Under the pieces are notes generated by a model. The model saw nothing but the letters and a program-made list of their open reading frames with translations. It ran no database searches and was not told the DNA's origin. 64,000 nucleotides of DNA, taken from NCBI RefSeq assembly GCF_009914755.1, contig NC_060944.1; one strand, given 5' to 3'. The position numbers and the translations under genes are program-made. This DNA comes from the human T2T-CHM13v2.0 reference genome, Homo sapiens. This document shows positions 27,251-38,888 of this stretch, piece by piece. Position 1 is the first letter of the stretch; every line of letters begins with the position of its first letter.

Positions 27251-28007
27251 CATGGCACTTTGTGAACCAGGGAACTCCCTGTACCTGGAGAAGTTTAGAT
27301 GATGCTTGGGTGAGTCCCATCAAAAATGGTGGAGAGGGGAGCCATGTATGGTGCATGCGGAAGTTAGAACAAATAACTACAGGGCCAGTTGCAATTCTGA
27401 GTTAGATATGTGTTCTTCTAGAAAAACACTGAAACAAAGTTTAAAGTGATCTGGAGTGGTCAAAGGAATAATTTACAGATTTTGCAGCTGGATGTGAGCT
27501 AGAGATCCCATGAAGATATGTTAGTTCCAAAAGGAACACATTTTGTAGGGTGGGGAAATTTTGGTCAGTTCTTTGGAGCTTGTGGGAAATACATCTCTAG
27601 TGAAGAAGTCTTGTCTAATCATTGGCTTCTTACTTGTCCTCAAAAATGTTCCTCAATTACATTAAGTGATGTTTGTTACTAACAAAACTGTCATTTTCCA
27701 TGTTGAAGGATGTGTCCCACTTTCAGAGAATCCCAAAAATTAAAAACAGTGGAGGGAGAGGAAAAGTGATGGGCAGAAATCCTTCCACACACTTTAAAGG
27801 AATATAACACTTGGCTGTAGTAAGTTTTATCTGAGATAGAGTTACAATCTGCTATGGATAATTTTTATTTTGTTCATCCTTAATCAAGATGCAATCATAA
27901 GATTGTGATGAAAAATTAAATTCATCACTTTGTGAAATTAAACTTTTGATGAAGTCAAAGTCTAGCAGAACTAGTGGCGGCTAAAAGTATTCATCAAGTC
28001 AATACTT

Positions 28008-28075
28008 GCTCCATCCATTCAGCTATCCATTCCTCCTTCCATCTTTTCTTCCATCCATCATCCATATATCCATGC
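28008..28075. repeat. degenerate (TCCA)n repeat
   Basis: CCATCCATTC...TCCATCCATCATCCAT. Confidence 0.7.
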
Positions 28076-28907
28076 AATAAGTGACCTTATTACCTTTCTA
28101 ATAAGAATGACAATCTAGTGTATGGACTAAGTTAACTCCCTAGGAGTAGAAAGAAATTCACTCTCTACTCTTAGTGAATCCTAGGTTTGTCACATTTTGC
28201 AAAACCAAATCTTCTCATCTTTATGGTTTGCTCATCTCCCAGTGTGGGAGCCAACCCTGGCCCGCTAGAGCATTTATTTAGTGAATGGCCAGCTGCTTGC
28301 TCCCCTCCTTGTGGTTGCTGGTTGGATTAATGCAGTGAACACTGAGAAATGTGGAGAAATAACTTACCTCCTGGGGCCTGAGCTGTCATATCTCCTTGCA
28401 GACTGGCTGCTCCCCATCTTGTTCTTTTTGCTCATTTCCATAATAGACTCTGGTTGATAAAACTCTTCACTGTGATTGATGGTCCACAAAGCACAGCCAT
28501 TTTCAGGCCACGAGTAGCAATTTTTAACTTGGGAAATATGACTACAATCAATTTCTTTCTCCTTTTCTTTTCTTGCTTTCTTTTATTTTAGTCATTTCTA
28601 CAGGGTGTGTCCTTTAGACATCTCTTTCTTGGTCATTATTCCCTAATTAATTCCCTTGTTAAATATAAAGTGTGCATTAGCCTTGACTAATGTCTTCCTT
28701 TGTGACTAAGGAAAGAAGAATTTATTACCTTTACGTATTGAATCAAGCTGCATAATCACAATTCATTTGTTTAAAGCCCTCATTCTTCATAAACCATACT
28801 AGAGTTTAGGCCCCCTGCAGCTGCCAAGAGGATCTCACCTGACTTTCATAAATATGATATGGAGTCAGGTGTTTGCACATGTAATTGGTTTAAAAAGTGG
28901 CTGTATT

Positions 28908-29231
<324 letters not shown>

Positions 29232-29565
29232 TCATTTATGTAATGATTTCAAGTTCACACCATGAAATCATGGAGGGGATGAAATGGAATTGCCCAGTTT
29301 GTTGAGAGAACATGCTGACACTTCAAGGGATAAAACAGACGTGTCAAGACTCTGCAGGCGTGAAATCTGCATATGCGTTGGTAAACTAGCAACCTGCTCC
29401 TTCTCCAATTATGTGGTTCTGTGACATTAGTAAACACAGAAAAGGACCTTAGCTCATCCCAGGGAAGAGAGACTGTGCTGGATATGAGAAGGATGCAGTC
29501 TGGGCTACAATTATCTGGTGTAGCCATACAAAAAAAGGGAAAAAAGCTTTGATTAGAAATGGATA

Positions 29566-30084
29566 GAGTAATGGTTCGTAAAGTGTGGTCCTGGGCCAGA
29601 TATGGGGGTTCACGCTTGTAATCCCAGCACTTTGGAAGGCCGAGGCAGGAGGATTGCTTGAGCTCAGGAGTTTGAGACCAGCCTGGACAACACAGCAAGA
29701 CCTCATCCCTATGAATAATAATAATAATAAATATTAGATGGGTATGCTGGTGCGTGCCTGTAGTTCCCAACTACTGGGGAGGCTGAGATGGGAGAATCAC
29801 TTGAGTCCCAGCAGTCAAAGCTGCAGTGATGCATGATCGCACCACTGTCCTCCAGCCCAGGTGACAGAGCGAAACCCTGTCTCAAAAAAAAAAAAAAAAA
29901 AGAAAGAAAGAAAGAAAAGAAAAGAAAAAAAAAAGTGTGGTCCTGGGAGCCAGCAACAGCAATATCAACTAGGAGGTTGTTCGAAATGCAAATTCTTGGG
30001 CTCCACCGCAGACCTTCTGGATGAGAAACTGGTAGTTAGGCCCTCCAGGTGATTCTGATGCAGCTAAAGTTTGAGAAATACTAT
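29566..30084. mobile_element. MER5A-type MITE split by an Alu
   Basis: Start GGTTCGTAAAGTGTGGTCC; resumes after the Alu with GAAATGCAAATTCTTGGGCTCCACC...CCCTCCAGGTGATTCTGATGCA...AAGTTTGAGAA. Confidence 0.85.
29594..29931 (+). mobile_element. AluJ with (GAAA)n tail and 14-bp TSD
   Basis: GGAGGATTGCTTGAGCTCAGG J diagnostic; TSD AAAGTGTGGTCCTG at 29580-29593 and 29932-29945. Confidence 0.95.
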
Positions 30085-30309
30085 AACGGAGGATATTTTT
30101 CTTCTGTTTTTTTGGGAGAAAGTCACACTAATCTTCAGTTTGAAGACATGTTTAAGGCTGTTAAGATCTGGTAGGTGGCACATAGAACGGTTTTCACACT
30201 GTGGATGCTGAAAAAGAATTCTCATCTCTAACCAGTTCTTTCTCAAGGACCGAGGATGCTCAAGATGAATTCTTCTCTTTCCCTTCTTCCCTTGACCTCA
30301 CTGACTCTG

Positions 30310-30480
30310 TTCTGCAGTGGAAAGTGCTTAGAATTCTGAGTCAAAGGATCGGGGCTTCTGTCTGAGCTTTTCTTCTTAACCACTGTGTGACTCTGGGGAG
30401 GTTACTCACCCAGTCTGGGGATAAGAATAATAATAATGCTTTCTGTCAGTCTTACTTGGTTATTATGAAAGACAATGAAG
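30310..30480 (+). mobile_element. MIR fragment
   Basis: GCAGTGGAAAGTGC...CTGTGTGACTCTGGG...GGGATAAGAATAAT. Confidence 0.6.
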
Positions 30481-31303
30481 CCCACGGAAGCTGTAGAATT
30501 TACAAGGTGGTATCTTTCTTCCTACTTGTTAAGCTTTAACAGGGGAAGAGACTGATAGCTGAAGCTCCTGAGTATTCTGTCCATTTCTATGATCTTCCAG
30601 TAAATATTGTTGAATGTGTATTCTCTCTCCCTCCTAACAACTGTTCAGTTTATTAGCAGCCTGTCAGTGAGTCCCGGAAGAGGATTTGAGGCCAAGTTAG
30701 GTGAGAAATGGTTGATTGCTCTATCCATAGCACCTGGCCCATAGGTTCTTTGGAACCTCACCACTGGAGCCTGTTAAGGGTTGGGAACTATTTCTCTCTG
30801 AGACCGTCTGTGTTGCTTTGTGATTGGTTGGTTGGTGTGAATAGATTTTCTTAAAAGCTTCTCCTGGAAGTTAGACCTTCAACTTCCTAATTAAGAGACA
30901 CTGGAAGGTACAACTTATTAAGAAAACCAGGGATTGACTCAAAGCCAAGGATCCATAATAACCTCCACTTGGGTTTGTTTAAAAAACCTTCGGAGGCACT
31001 GGACACGTGAAAGACAGAATCCCAAGGAACACTGCCTTCTTCTTAAGGGGCCTCTCACTGAATCCTTTCCCAGTTGTTTGTCCTTGGCAGTCCCTCCTGG
31101 GTTTTAATCCAGGTCTCAGGGGGGCCTTTCTTCCTTCTTGTGGCTTTATAAAGATTTACCTGCTTTTCCTCCTTCTTACCAAGACTAGCTGGTTATAAGC
31201 AAGTGCTCTGTTTCCTCTGAGGTTCTGCCAAAATAACCCTGCAGGTTTATTTTGCTTTAAAAGCTCTACTGCCAGCCACACCAAGGGAAATAACAATATC
31301 AAA

Positions 31304-31730
31304 TGTCTTAGGTTGGTTTCCTCAGAAGCAGACTCTGGGATAAGGATTTGGGGGAAAGAGATTTATGACGAAGTGGTCCCAGAAAACACAACAGGTGAAA
31401 TGTGAAGAAGTGAGAGTGAAAGGAAGAGTGGGTATTGGGGCAAATCCCAGGTGATTACCCAAGGCCACGGGGTTGCTCTCCAGATGGTGAAGGTCACCCT
31501 TCAACATTGTCCCCACCAGGGCAAGGGCAAGGAATTTGCACCCTCCCATTCCTCACCCATCAGTCATTGGTAAAGGGCTGCCCCTGGGGAGCATTTGATT
31601 CCCGAGCTCTATGTGCACTATAAAAGTTAGTTCCAGCATCCAGGGGCAGTCCTCTGGCAGTTGCTGTGAGGGGGGCGTATCATGGACAGGGGTGAATGGG
31701 CTTGGAGAAGGATGAGGCACCAACTGTGTC
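31304..31730 (-). mobile_element. LTR16A-like ERVL LTR
   Basis: TGTCTTAGGTTGGTTTCCTCAGAAGCAGACTCTGGGATAAGGATTTG. Confidence 0.8.
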
Positions 31731-33088
31731 CCTTAGAGCTATGCTGAGGAATGCTCCCAGGTGTATCTGTCCTCCAGAGCTCCTGCAATCAGCCCTGTGT
31801 TCTTGTTCCCGATTCCTGTGTGCAAGAGGCTTCTTCTTGTCATTTAAACCTCTTCTTCAGCCCAGGAGGCCCCCCTCTCAGGGTCAGTTAGGCCTGGCAA
31901 TGGCCATGAGCTGTGGGCCTTTTAGTCTCGAGTGGGTAATTTACTTCTCAGGGGATTTGAAAAGATTGCCTCTTATGTCAATTTTCCTCGGGCTCTGCAC
32001 CAGCAAAGTCACCTAAGGGCGTCCCCCTGCACTTCCCGCCTCTTAGTGCCAGGTATGCAGAATGTGCCTGATACATGTTCCTTAATTATGAGGAAGATGG
32101 AGAGGGGATACTTACAAAATTAGAGGTGATTAAGGTCATTGAAGGGTCACCATTTGGGGAACATTTTCTTCCAGTAGAAGCTTTCATATTGCCCAACTGA
32201 TTTGCCGTTAATATGAGCAGGGATTTTGTTTTGCTTTGTTTTTAATCTTTGTTTCTTCCCTTTGCTTCTATATAAAGGGAGTTTATAGATGTAAACATTC
32301 TAGAACAGGATGCACATTCTCTTGGGTCCAGCAGGTTTATGGAGACCTGTTCTCCTTTTCACATATGTATGATTTACAGTAAAACATTCCTACAAGTCAC
32401 ACAAGCAAGCTCAGGCAAAAATCAAGTTCTTCCATTTGCTGGTTCCAACATTTTGTATCCTAATAAATTCATGGTGAAACTAATCCAGCTGTCTTCTCGG
32501 AAAATAAAAAGTTTGAAAGAGGGCTGCTACTATTCATGGCCATGTAATAGTTTGTTTTATACTGCATGGAGTCGAATAGTTATAAACATGAAAGCAGCTG
32601 GCAATAAATGACTTTACGACAGCTATTTCAAAGGTATAATGAAGAAAACAAAAAGAAACCAAGTTATTACTTATAATTATAGTGCCTCAGTGAGTTCGCA
32701 CACCACACTCCAAACACTTCACTGGCCGTTTCTATGTGATCTCATGCACAGTCTCCTACAAAGAACCTTGGCCTTTGGGTCAGTTAGCCTTGTGGGTGGG
32801 ATGGGCACTGTAATAGTGTTTGCACTTTTGAATGCAGTTTTTGAAGGAGACGGCATCCTTTTACTATATTCACCCATGCGATGGGGAAAAAAATTGAATT
32901 ATTGACTATTCTCCACTGTTAAAGAGATTTTATATTGAAAAAAACTTTAAGAGGAGCAATTTGGTAGTATTTTTAAAATTTTAAATGTGCTTCTTCTTTA
33001 ACCTAATGGTTAAGTGGGTTAATTTTATTTCTAGGAATAGATCCTACCAGAATATATTAGGTAGAAACATCTAGAGTGTTGGTTGTAA

Positions 33089-33383
33089 CGCTGGATATGG
33101 GAGTTCTTGCCTGGAATCCCAGCACTTTGGCAGGCCGAGGCAGGAGGATTACTTGATGCTAGGAGTTGGAGACTAGCCTAGATAGCATAGTGAGACCCTC
33201 GTCTTTCCGAAAACTTAAAAAAATTAACCAGGCATAGTGGTGCGTGCCTATGGTCCCAGCTACTTGAAAGGCTGAGGTGGGAAAAGTTTAATAGTTTCAG
33301 TTTGAGGCCAAAGTGAGCTGTGATAGTACCACTGCATTTCAGCCTGGGCAATAGAGTGCCGTCCTTCCTCTAAAAAAAACACA
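33089..33383 (+). mobile_element. AluJ
   Basis: CCTGGAATCCCAGCACTTTG...GGAGGATTACTTGA...CAGCCTGGGCAATAGAG. Confidence 0.9.
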
Positions 33384-33384
33384 A

Positions 33385-33684
33385 GGGTGCGGTGGCTCAT
33401 GCCTATAATCCCAGCATTTTGGGAGGCTGAGACAGGCGGATTGCTTGAATCCAGAAGTTAGAGACCAACCTGGCCAGCATAGTGAGACCTTGTTTCTACA
33501 AAACATGCAAAAATTAACCAGGTGTGGTGGCATGCACCTGTAGTCCCAGCTATTCAGGAGGCTGAGGTGAGAGGATCACCTCAGCCCAGGGAGGCTGAGG
33601 CTGCAGTGAGCCATAATCCTGCCACTGCACTCCAACCTAGGTGACAGAGTGAGACTCTGTCTCAAAACCAAAACAAAACAAAAA
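33385..33684 (+). mobile_element. AluJ directly following the tail of the preceding Alu
   Basis: GGGTGCGGTGGCTCATGCC...GAGACTCTGTCTC then (AAAAC)n. Confidence 0.93.
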
Positions 33685-33957
33685 GAATATGGGTTGCCAG
33701 GTTGCATGTTACAGCAAAATTTACACACAGCCTACATATTCATCAATGTGGCAGTAGTTAAATAAACATAGTATAATCATACCATAGACTAGAATATGCT
33801 ATTAGAAACATATGAGGTAGATCAATATACACTGACATTGAATGATCTCCTAAGACCTACTACATGAAAAAAGGCAAGTTCCAGAACATAAAAACCAATG
33901 TAAGCTCCAATTTGTATAGAAGAAAAATATGGCGATGCTTGTATAGATCTTATAACT

Positions 33958-34525
33958 TAATCATTTATTCATTTATCCACACAACAGATATTTATTGAGT
34001 TCCAGACACCATTCTAGGTGCTGGTGATACAGCAATAAACAAAGCAAAGGTCTTCCTGGGAGTTTGCAACTCAGGAAAGAGGGAATTGATGTTGGGGAGA
34101 CTGTGAACAAGCAAACAACTGTGTGTCAGGTGGTGATGGGAGTTGTAAAGAGATACAAAGCAGGCTAAGCAATAGAGAGTAATTTAGCTGGAGGCTAGGA
34201 AGACCTCTTCGAGGAGGTGACATTTGATCAAAGATCTAAAAGGAACAAGGGAGAAAACCAGGGAGTATTTGGGAAATGGAGTATGCCAGACAGAGGTGAC
34301 AACAAGGTCAGTGGCCCTGGAGTAGAATCATGCTTTGTGCACTTGAAGAACAAAAGGAGACCAATGTGGCTGGAACTCAGGAGCAAGGAAAAAGTGGAAG
34401 GGAGGGGCTAAGGAAGCGAGGATTGGAGGTTATGGTTGTGATTTTGAATTTTATTAAAGCATGATGGGAGGTGATTACAGGGTTGAGTTGAGGAAGAGGA
34501 CATGACACTATTTAGTCTTTAAAAT
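33958..34525 (-). mobile_element. L2a-like 3' region
   Basis: TCATTTATTCATT...ATATTTATTGAG...TTCTAGGTGCTGGTGATACAGCAATAAACAA...GAGGAGGTGACATTTGA. Confidence 0.85.
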
Positions 34526-34749
34526 GTAAATGAATGCAGCGGAAGGATTCTCACTCTACTCTTGGCAGTGATGGCCTCAAGGAGGGTGTTCTCAGCGAAT
34601 TAGAGGAGAGAAAGCGTGTGGCTGTAAGAGAACTGTTCTCACTGAGATCTGCCTATACCTGTCTTGTTTTAGCCTTGTATTCATGTGTTATTTGTATAAT
34701 TAAAAAATAGAATCAATTACTCTTTATACGAGATAAAGAAATCCTTTAG

Positions 34750-34930
34750 TATTCCTTTCTGTGACCTTGGACAAGTTTTCTTTCTTAGCTTTTCTCTTCT
34801 CCATGTTTATAGAAAGTGGGCAATCTGTTTTTGATCACAGGCTTGTTCATGGGAATGAATCAGATAATGCACATAGAGCTCTGAGCCCAGTGCTCAGCAC
34901 ATTTCGGTAATTCAAGAAATGACAACAATT
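34750..34930 (+). mobile_element. MIR fragment
   Basis: CTGTGACCTTGGACAAGTT...GATAATGCACATAGAGC. Confidence 0.65.
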
Positions 34931-35726
34931 ATTGCTGCAGTGCTGCTGCCTCCCATGTCCAAACACTGTGAGGCATTCAGGATACTATAAAATTGCCTGT
35001 CTCTCTATCACCTTTATCTTGAGCTATAGAGAAGGATAAGAGGCTGTTTCATAGCATCACAGAATTTAATAGCCAAATAAGCCATCTAGCCCAGCTCTGC
35101 TCCTTTTATAGATGGGGATAGAGAGGTGCTGAGGGGATATACTGTTGGCTCCCAGACCTGTAGCTAGTGAGTGACCTGTGCTTGTGCTTTCCATGTCAAA
35201 TCTTTATTTCCTGCATTGGTATTTTCCTAACTTTGGTCATTTACATTCCATCTTCTGGTTTACCTAATATTCTAATTGACTCTTTAAGCAATTTTATTTT
35301 CAAAGGAAACTTTGTATCATTGTCATAAATGGAAAACAAGCATTACTTGTTATGATAGATTATAATAACTTATAGTTTTAGCATAGTTATATCATTGCCA
35401 TTACTACAGTAATGCTATATAACCAGCACTCAAAAACTCAGTAATGTGCAATAGTAAGCATTTCTTGCTTACATGGCTATGGGTTGGTTGGGGCACAGCT
35501 GATCTGAGACTGAGTTTACTACATCTACTCCACTTGTCTGTCAGCCTCCCTGGACCAGTAGCTACATGAGGCGTGTTCTTATGGTATAGTCTTCTCATTG
35601 TTCTCCTCCAAAGACAGGAATTTAAAAGTTGAAACCTAAATGTCACGTCCATTATTATCCCATTGGCCAAATCAAGTCACATGCTCAAGTCTATCATCAG
35701 CGGGATGAAGAAAAATATATCCCCTC

Positions 35727-36091
35727 TGTCTTAGTCAGCTCAGGCTGCTATAACAAATACCATAGTCTGAGTGGCTTAAACAACTTATATTTCTCACAGT
35801 TCTGGAGGCTGGGAAGTCCAAGGTCAAGGTGCCAGCAGGTTTGGTGTCTGTCAAGAGCTCTTTTCTTGGTGTGTAGACTGCTGTCTTCTTTCTGTGGCCT
35901 CATATAGTGGAGAAAGAGATAATCTTCCTGGTGTCTCTTCTTATAAGAGCACTGATCCCATTCATGAGGGAAGGGCTCCACCCTTATCCCCTAATTACCT
36001 CCCAAAGGCTCCACCTCCTAATGCCATCATATTGGGAATTAGGTTTCAGCGTATGGATTTAGGGCATGGACACAACATTGCATTTATACTA
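35727..36091 (-). mobile_element. MLT1A/MLT1A0 solo LTR
   Basis: TGTCTTAGTCAGCTCAGGCTGCTATAACAAATACCATAG...CACAGTTCTGGAGGCTGGGAAGTCCAAG...GGACACAACATT. Confidence 0.88.
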
Positions 36092-36105
36092 CTCCCCTCG
36101 TGGAG

Positions 36106-36478
36106 TGTCTTACTCGGTTCGGGATGCATAACAAATTACTATAGACTGTGATTTAAACAACAAGCATTTATTTCTTACAGTTCTGGAGGCTGGGAATCTA
36201 AGATCAGGGTGCCAGCATAGTCAGATTATGGTGAGAGCCCTCTTTCAGGGCTCAAGTTGCAGACAGCCAACTTATCCTTGTATTCTCACATGGTGGAAAG
36301 AAGAGCTAGGTAGCTCTCTGACCTCTAATGTCCTCTAGTGGCACTAATCCCACTCATGAGGCCTCCACCCTCATGACCTAATCACCTCCCAAAGGCCCCA
36401 CCTCCAAGCACCATCACAGTGGGACCAGAGCTTCACCACGTGAATCTTGTGGGGGACACAAACATTCAGTCTATTGCA
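36106..36478 (-). mobile_element. second MLT1A-type solo LTR
   Basis: TGTCTTACTCGG...CAGTTCTGGAGGCTGGGAATCTAAGATCAGGGTGCCAGCA...GGGGACACAAACATTCAGTCTATTGCA. Confidence 0.88.
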
Positions 36479-36720
36479 GAGGAACTGCAAAATTATATGG
36501 TAAAGGGTATGTGTAGAAGGAGGGATGAAGACTTGGGAAAAATGTAAATATCACATTTAAATGGGTAATGTCCATCTGTTTACCACCTCAAAATATCTTT
36601 CATACTCCTAGAGTTAGGCATACCATGGTTTGAAAATGCTGAAGTATATACTGCACCCTAGTTAACGGCATGATGGCACAACCCACTATGCTGATAACCA
36701 ACATGTAGAGAAAAGAGTGG

Positions 36721-37021
36721 GGCCAAGCACAGTGGCTCATGCCTGGAATCCTGGCACTTTGGGAGGCCAAGGCAGGAGGATCAGTTGAAGCCAGGAGTTT
36801 GACACTAGCCTGGGAAACATAGTGAGACCTCGTCTCTACAAAAAATAAAAACAAATTAGCCAGATGTGGTGATGAATGCCTGTAGTCCCAGCTACTTAGG
36901 AGGCTGAGGAGGGAGAATGGCTTGAGCACAGGACTTTGAGGCTGCAGTATGATAGGACTGCACCACTGTACTCCAGCCTGGGCAACAGAGTGAGACCCTG
37001 TCTCTGAGAAAAGAAAAAGAA
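36721..37021 (+). mobile_element. AluJ
   Basis: GGCCAAGCACAGTGGCTCATGCC...GAGTGAGACCCTGTCTC; degenerate TSD AAAGAGTGG/AAAGAATGG. Confidence 0.93.
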
Positions 37022-37035
37022 GGGAAAGAATGGTA

Positions 37036-37755
37036 TTCTGAATTTCATTGTTTCTAAGATGCACATGTTCTCATATTCTAACTTACTTGAACTAGGATAA
37101 CTCTTATATTTGAGGTGTTTTACAATCACACATAGTTGTGATGAAGCTTCTCTGCCTATACACATACACACTTGGTTGTCATTTCTGGCGGATTGGCTGG
37201 GCAACTGCCATCCCTTGACTTTCAGCTAACCAACCAATTAGGGGCCGCCTGAGGAGGAGGTATGTGTCTTGACTGTTGTCTGAAACCCTTTGTTGGAAGC
37301 TCTGGCATGAAAAAAGAAAGAGCTACGCGCAAAACTTTCAGAGAGGGTGGCAGTGGTTTGGAAGAAAAGTGCAGAGCCAACAGTGGGTCAGTCATTAAGG
37401 ACTGGAGCAACACCATCATTCTTGAGGGTATGAGGATAAAACTGTGGAAAACTCCTATCTATGACTCTGAGTTGAAAAGTGATTCATAAGTACTGGATCC
37501 TGAATGTGAGGAAGTTTTAGGAAACAAACAATTTATCTCCTTTTTATCCATGCTGTAGAGGAAGATGTGCTTAAAAATTATCTACATAAATCAACAATAG
37601 CAATTTCAATGAGTATGCAATGAAAATCCTAAATGATAAGAAAGCATGTGTTATATTTTAACTGGTGGAGCTTTCTCTTCTTAGTGGTCCACAAAGTAAC
37701 ACAAAATAATGGTGTTTCTTACAATTGACAGCTTGCTTGAGTCAGTGAAATGTGA
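37036..37755 (+). mobile_element. TcMar-Tc2 DNA transposon (Kanga2/MER104-like), internally deleted
   Basis: Left end CTGAATTTCATTGTTTCTAAGATGCACAT; right end TCTTACAATTGACAGC...CTTGAGTCAGTGAAATGTG; internal transposase C-terminal remnant GACTCTGAGTTGAAAAGTGATTCA. Confidence 0.7.
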
Positions 37756-37785
37756 TATATAATGAAAAACACTTAAATGGAAGGT

Positions 37786-38070
37786 ATATCAGGTAGCATG
37801 GTTTTGCTTGCAAATAATGGGAAATCTAACTAAAACTGACTAAACAGTAAGGAATGTGTTGGCTAAGCAATTGAAAAATTCTAGAGGTTAAGAGCACTTT
37901 ACAGTTAATTTACACCAACAGGTCAATGGTGGTCAATAAACTCTTCATCTTTCTATTCTTGTGGCTATGGAGGGGAAGGTATGCTGCTTATTTAGGTCAG
38001 TCAGCCCCTTCCGATGGAGCTGAAGGTGGAGTCATTTCTACCCAGACTGCAAGACTGCTGTGTAAAAGTG
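37786..38070 (-). mobile_element. old MaLR/ERVL LTR fragment
   Basis: TATCAGGTAGCATGGTTTTGCTTGCAAATAATGGGAAATCTAAC resembles an MLT1-type terminus. Confidence 0.4.
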
Positions 38071-38346
38071 GATGGGATGACGATGGATGAGCAAGAGAGA
38101 AAGAAATTCCCACTTTGCAAGAATGCCTAAACTGAGAATCAAGGGTCAGAGAGAAGCAAGTGGTAGGGATGATGGCTTAGGGTTTATTGTGTATGTTTTG
38201 AGACACTGTTAGGGTCAAGACAGAGAAGGCTGAGGAGCATTTCCTTCCTTACCCTTAAATTACTTAGACAGAAAGGGAAGAAATGAAGACGGACTTTCAA
38301 GGGAATGGGAGACAGAGTCTACAGCCTTAAGGATTTCAGTGCTTTT

Positions 38347-38504
38347 CACTGCGGAAGGCCGCAGGGTCCTCTGCCTAGGAAAACCAGAGACCTTTGTTCA
38401 CTTGTTTATCTGCTGACCTTCCCTCCACTATTGTCCTATGACCCTGCCAAATCCCCCTCTGCGAGAAACACCCAAGAATGATCAATAAAAAAAAAAAAAA
38501 AAAA
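38347..38504 (+). mobile_element. SVA, extremely 5'-truncated (SINE-R 3' end only) with poly(A) and TSD
   Basis: CACTGCGGAAGGCCGCAGGGTCCTCTGCCTAGGAAAACCAGAGACC...CCCCCTCTGCGAGAAACACCCAAGAATGATCAATAAA(A)n; TSD AAGGATTTCAGTG at 38329-38341 and 38503-38515. Confidence 0.97.
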
Positions 38505-38625
38505 GGATTTCAGTGTTTTTGCAAATCTGCTTGATATCAACATGTTGGGCTATAAAAGTATTTCCCACTTGGTGGCCCAACCTATAATTTCACATAAGAA
38601 AAAATTCTCCACTCTTAAGTCAAAT

Positions 38626-38888
38626 TTATTTTTATTTTTATTTTTTAAGACACGGTCTCACTCCTGTGGCCCAGGCTGGAGTGTAGTGGTGGAATCATGG
38701 CTCACTGCAGCCTCAACATCCTGGGCTCAGGTGATTCTGCCACTTCAGCCTCCTGAGTAGCTGGGACTACAGGCATGTGCCACCATGCCCGGCTAATTTT
38801 TTGTATTTTTAGTAGAGGCAGGGTTTCACCATGTTGCCCAGGCTGGTCTCTAACTCCTGCTCTAAAGTGATTTGTCTGCCTCGGCCTC
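38626..38888 (-). mobile_element. AluJb-like, 5'-truncated
   Basis: Antisense dimer ending at CTGCCTCGGCCTC. Confidence 0.93.

Larger units (their letters stand above)
32950..33950 (+). mobile_element. ancient L1M(E) 3' fragment interrupted by two Alus
   Basis: GCAATTTGGTAGTA...TTCTAGGAATAGATCCTA; resumes TAAATAAACATAGTATAATCATACCATAG. Confidence 0.6.
35405..36545 (-). mobile_element. older MLT1 (I/J-like) LTR hosting two MLT1A-type LTRs
   Basis: CCCATTGGCCAAATCAAGTCACATG before, GAGGAACTGCAAAATTATATGGTAAAGGG after the inserts. Confidence 0.65.
35216..36640. mobile_element. old hAT-Charlie-like DNA element whose two halves flank nested LTRs
   Basis: Left TTTTCCTAACTTTGGTCATT; right TACCACCTCAAAATATC...TACCATGGTTTGAAAATGCTG; family uncertain. 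Confidence 0.4.

Noticed and set aside
28300-28460. Strong minus-strand splice donor (ACTTACCTC, 28362-28370)
   Set aside because: No matching acceptor or ORF found; isolated donors are common.
29255-29770. 171-aa ORF, the longest in the track
   Set aside because: The N-terminal part is antisense AluJ translation ([15 protein letters not shown]); no domain or exon structure.
36600-37204. 154-aa and 102-aa minus-strand ORFs
   Set aside because: Largely antisense Alu translation.
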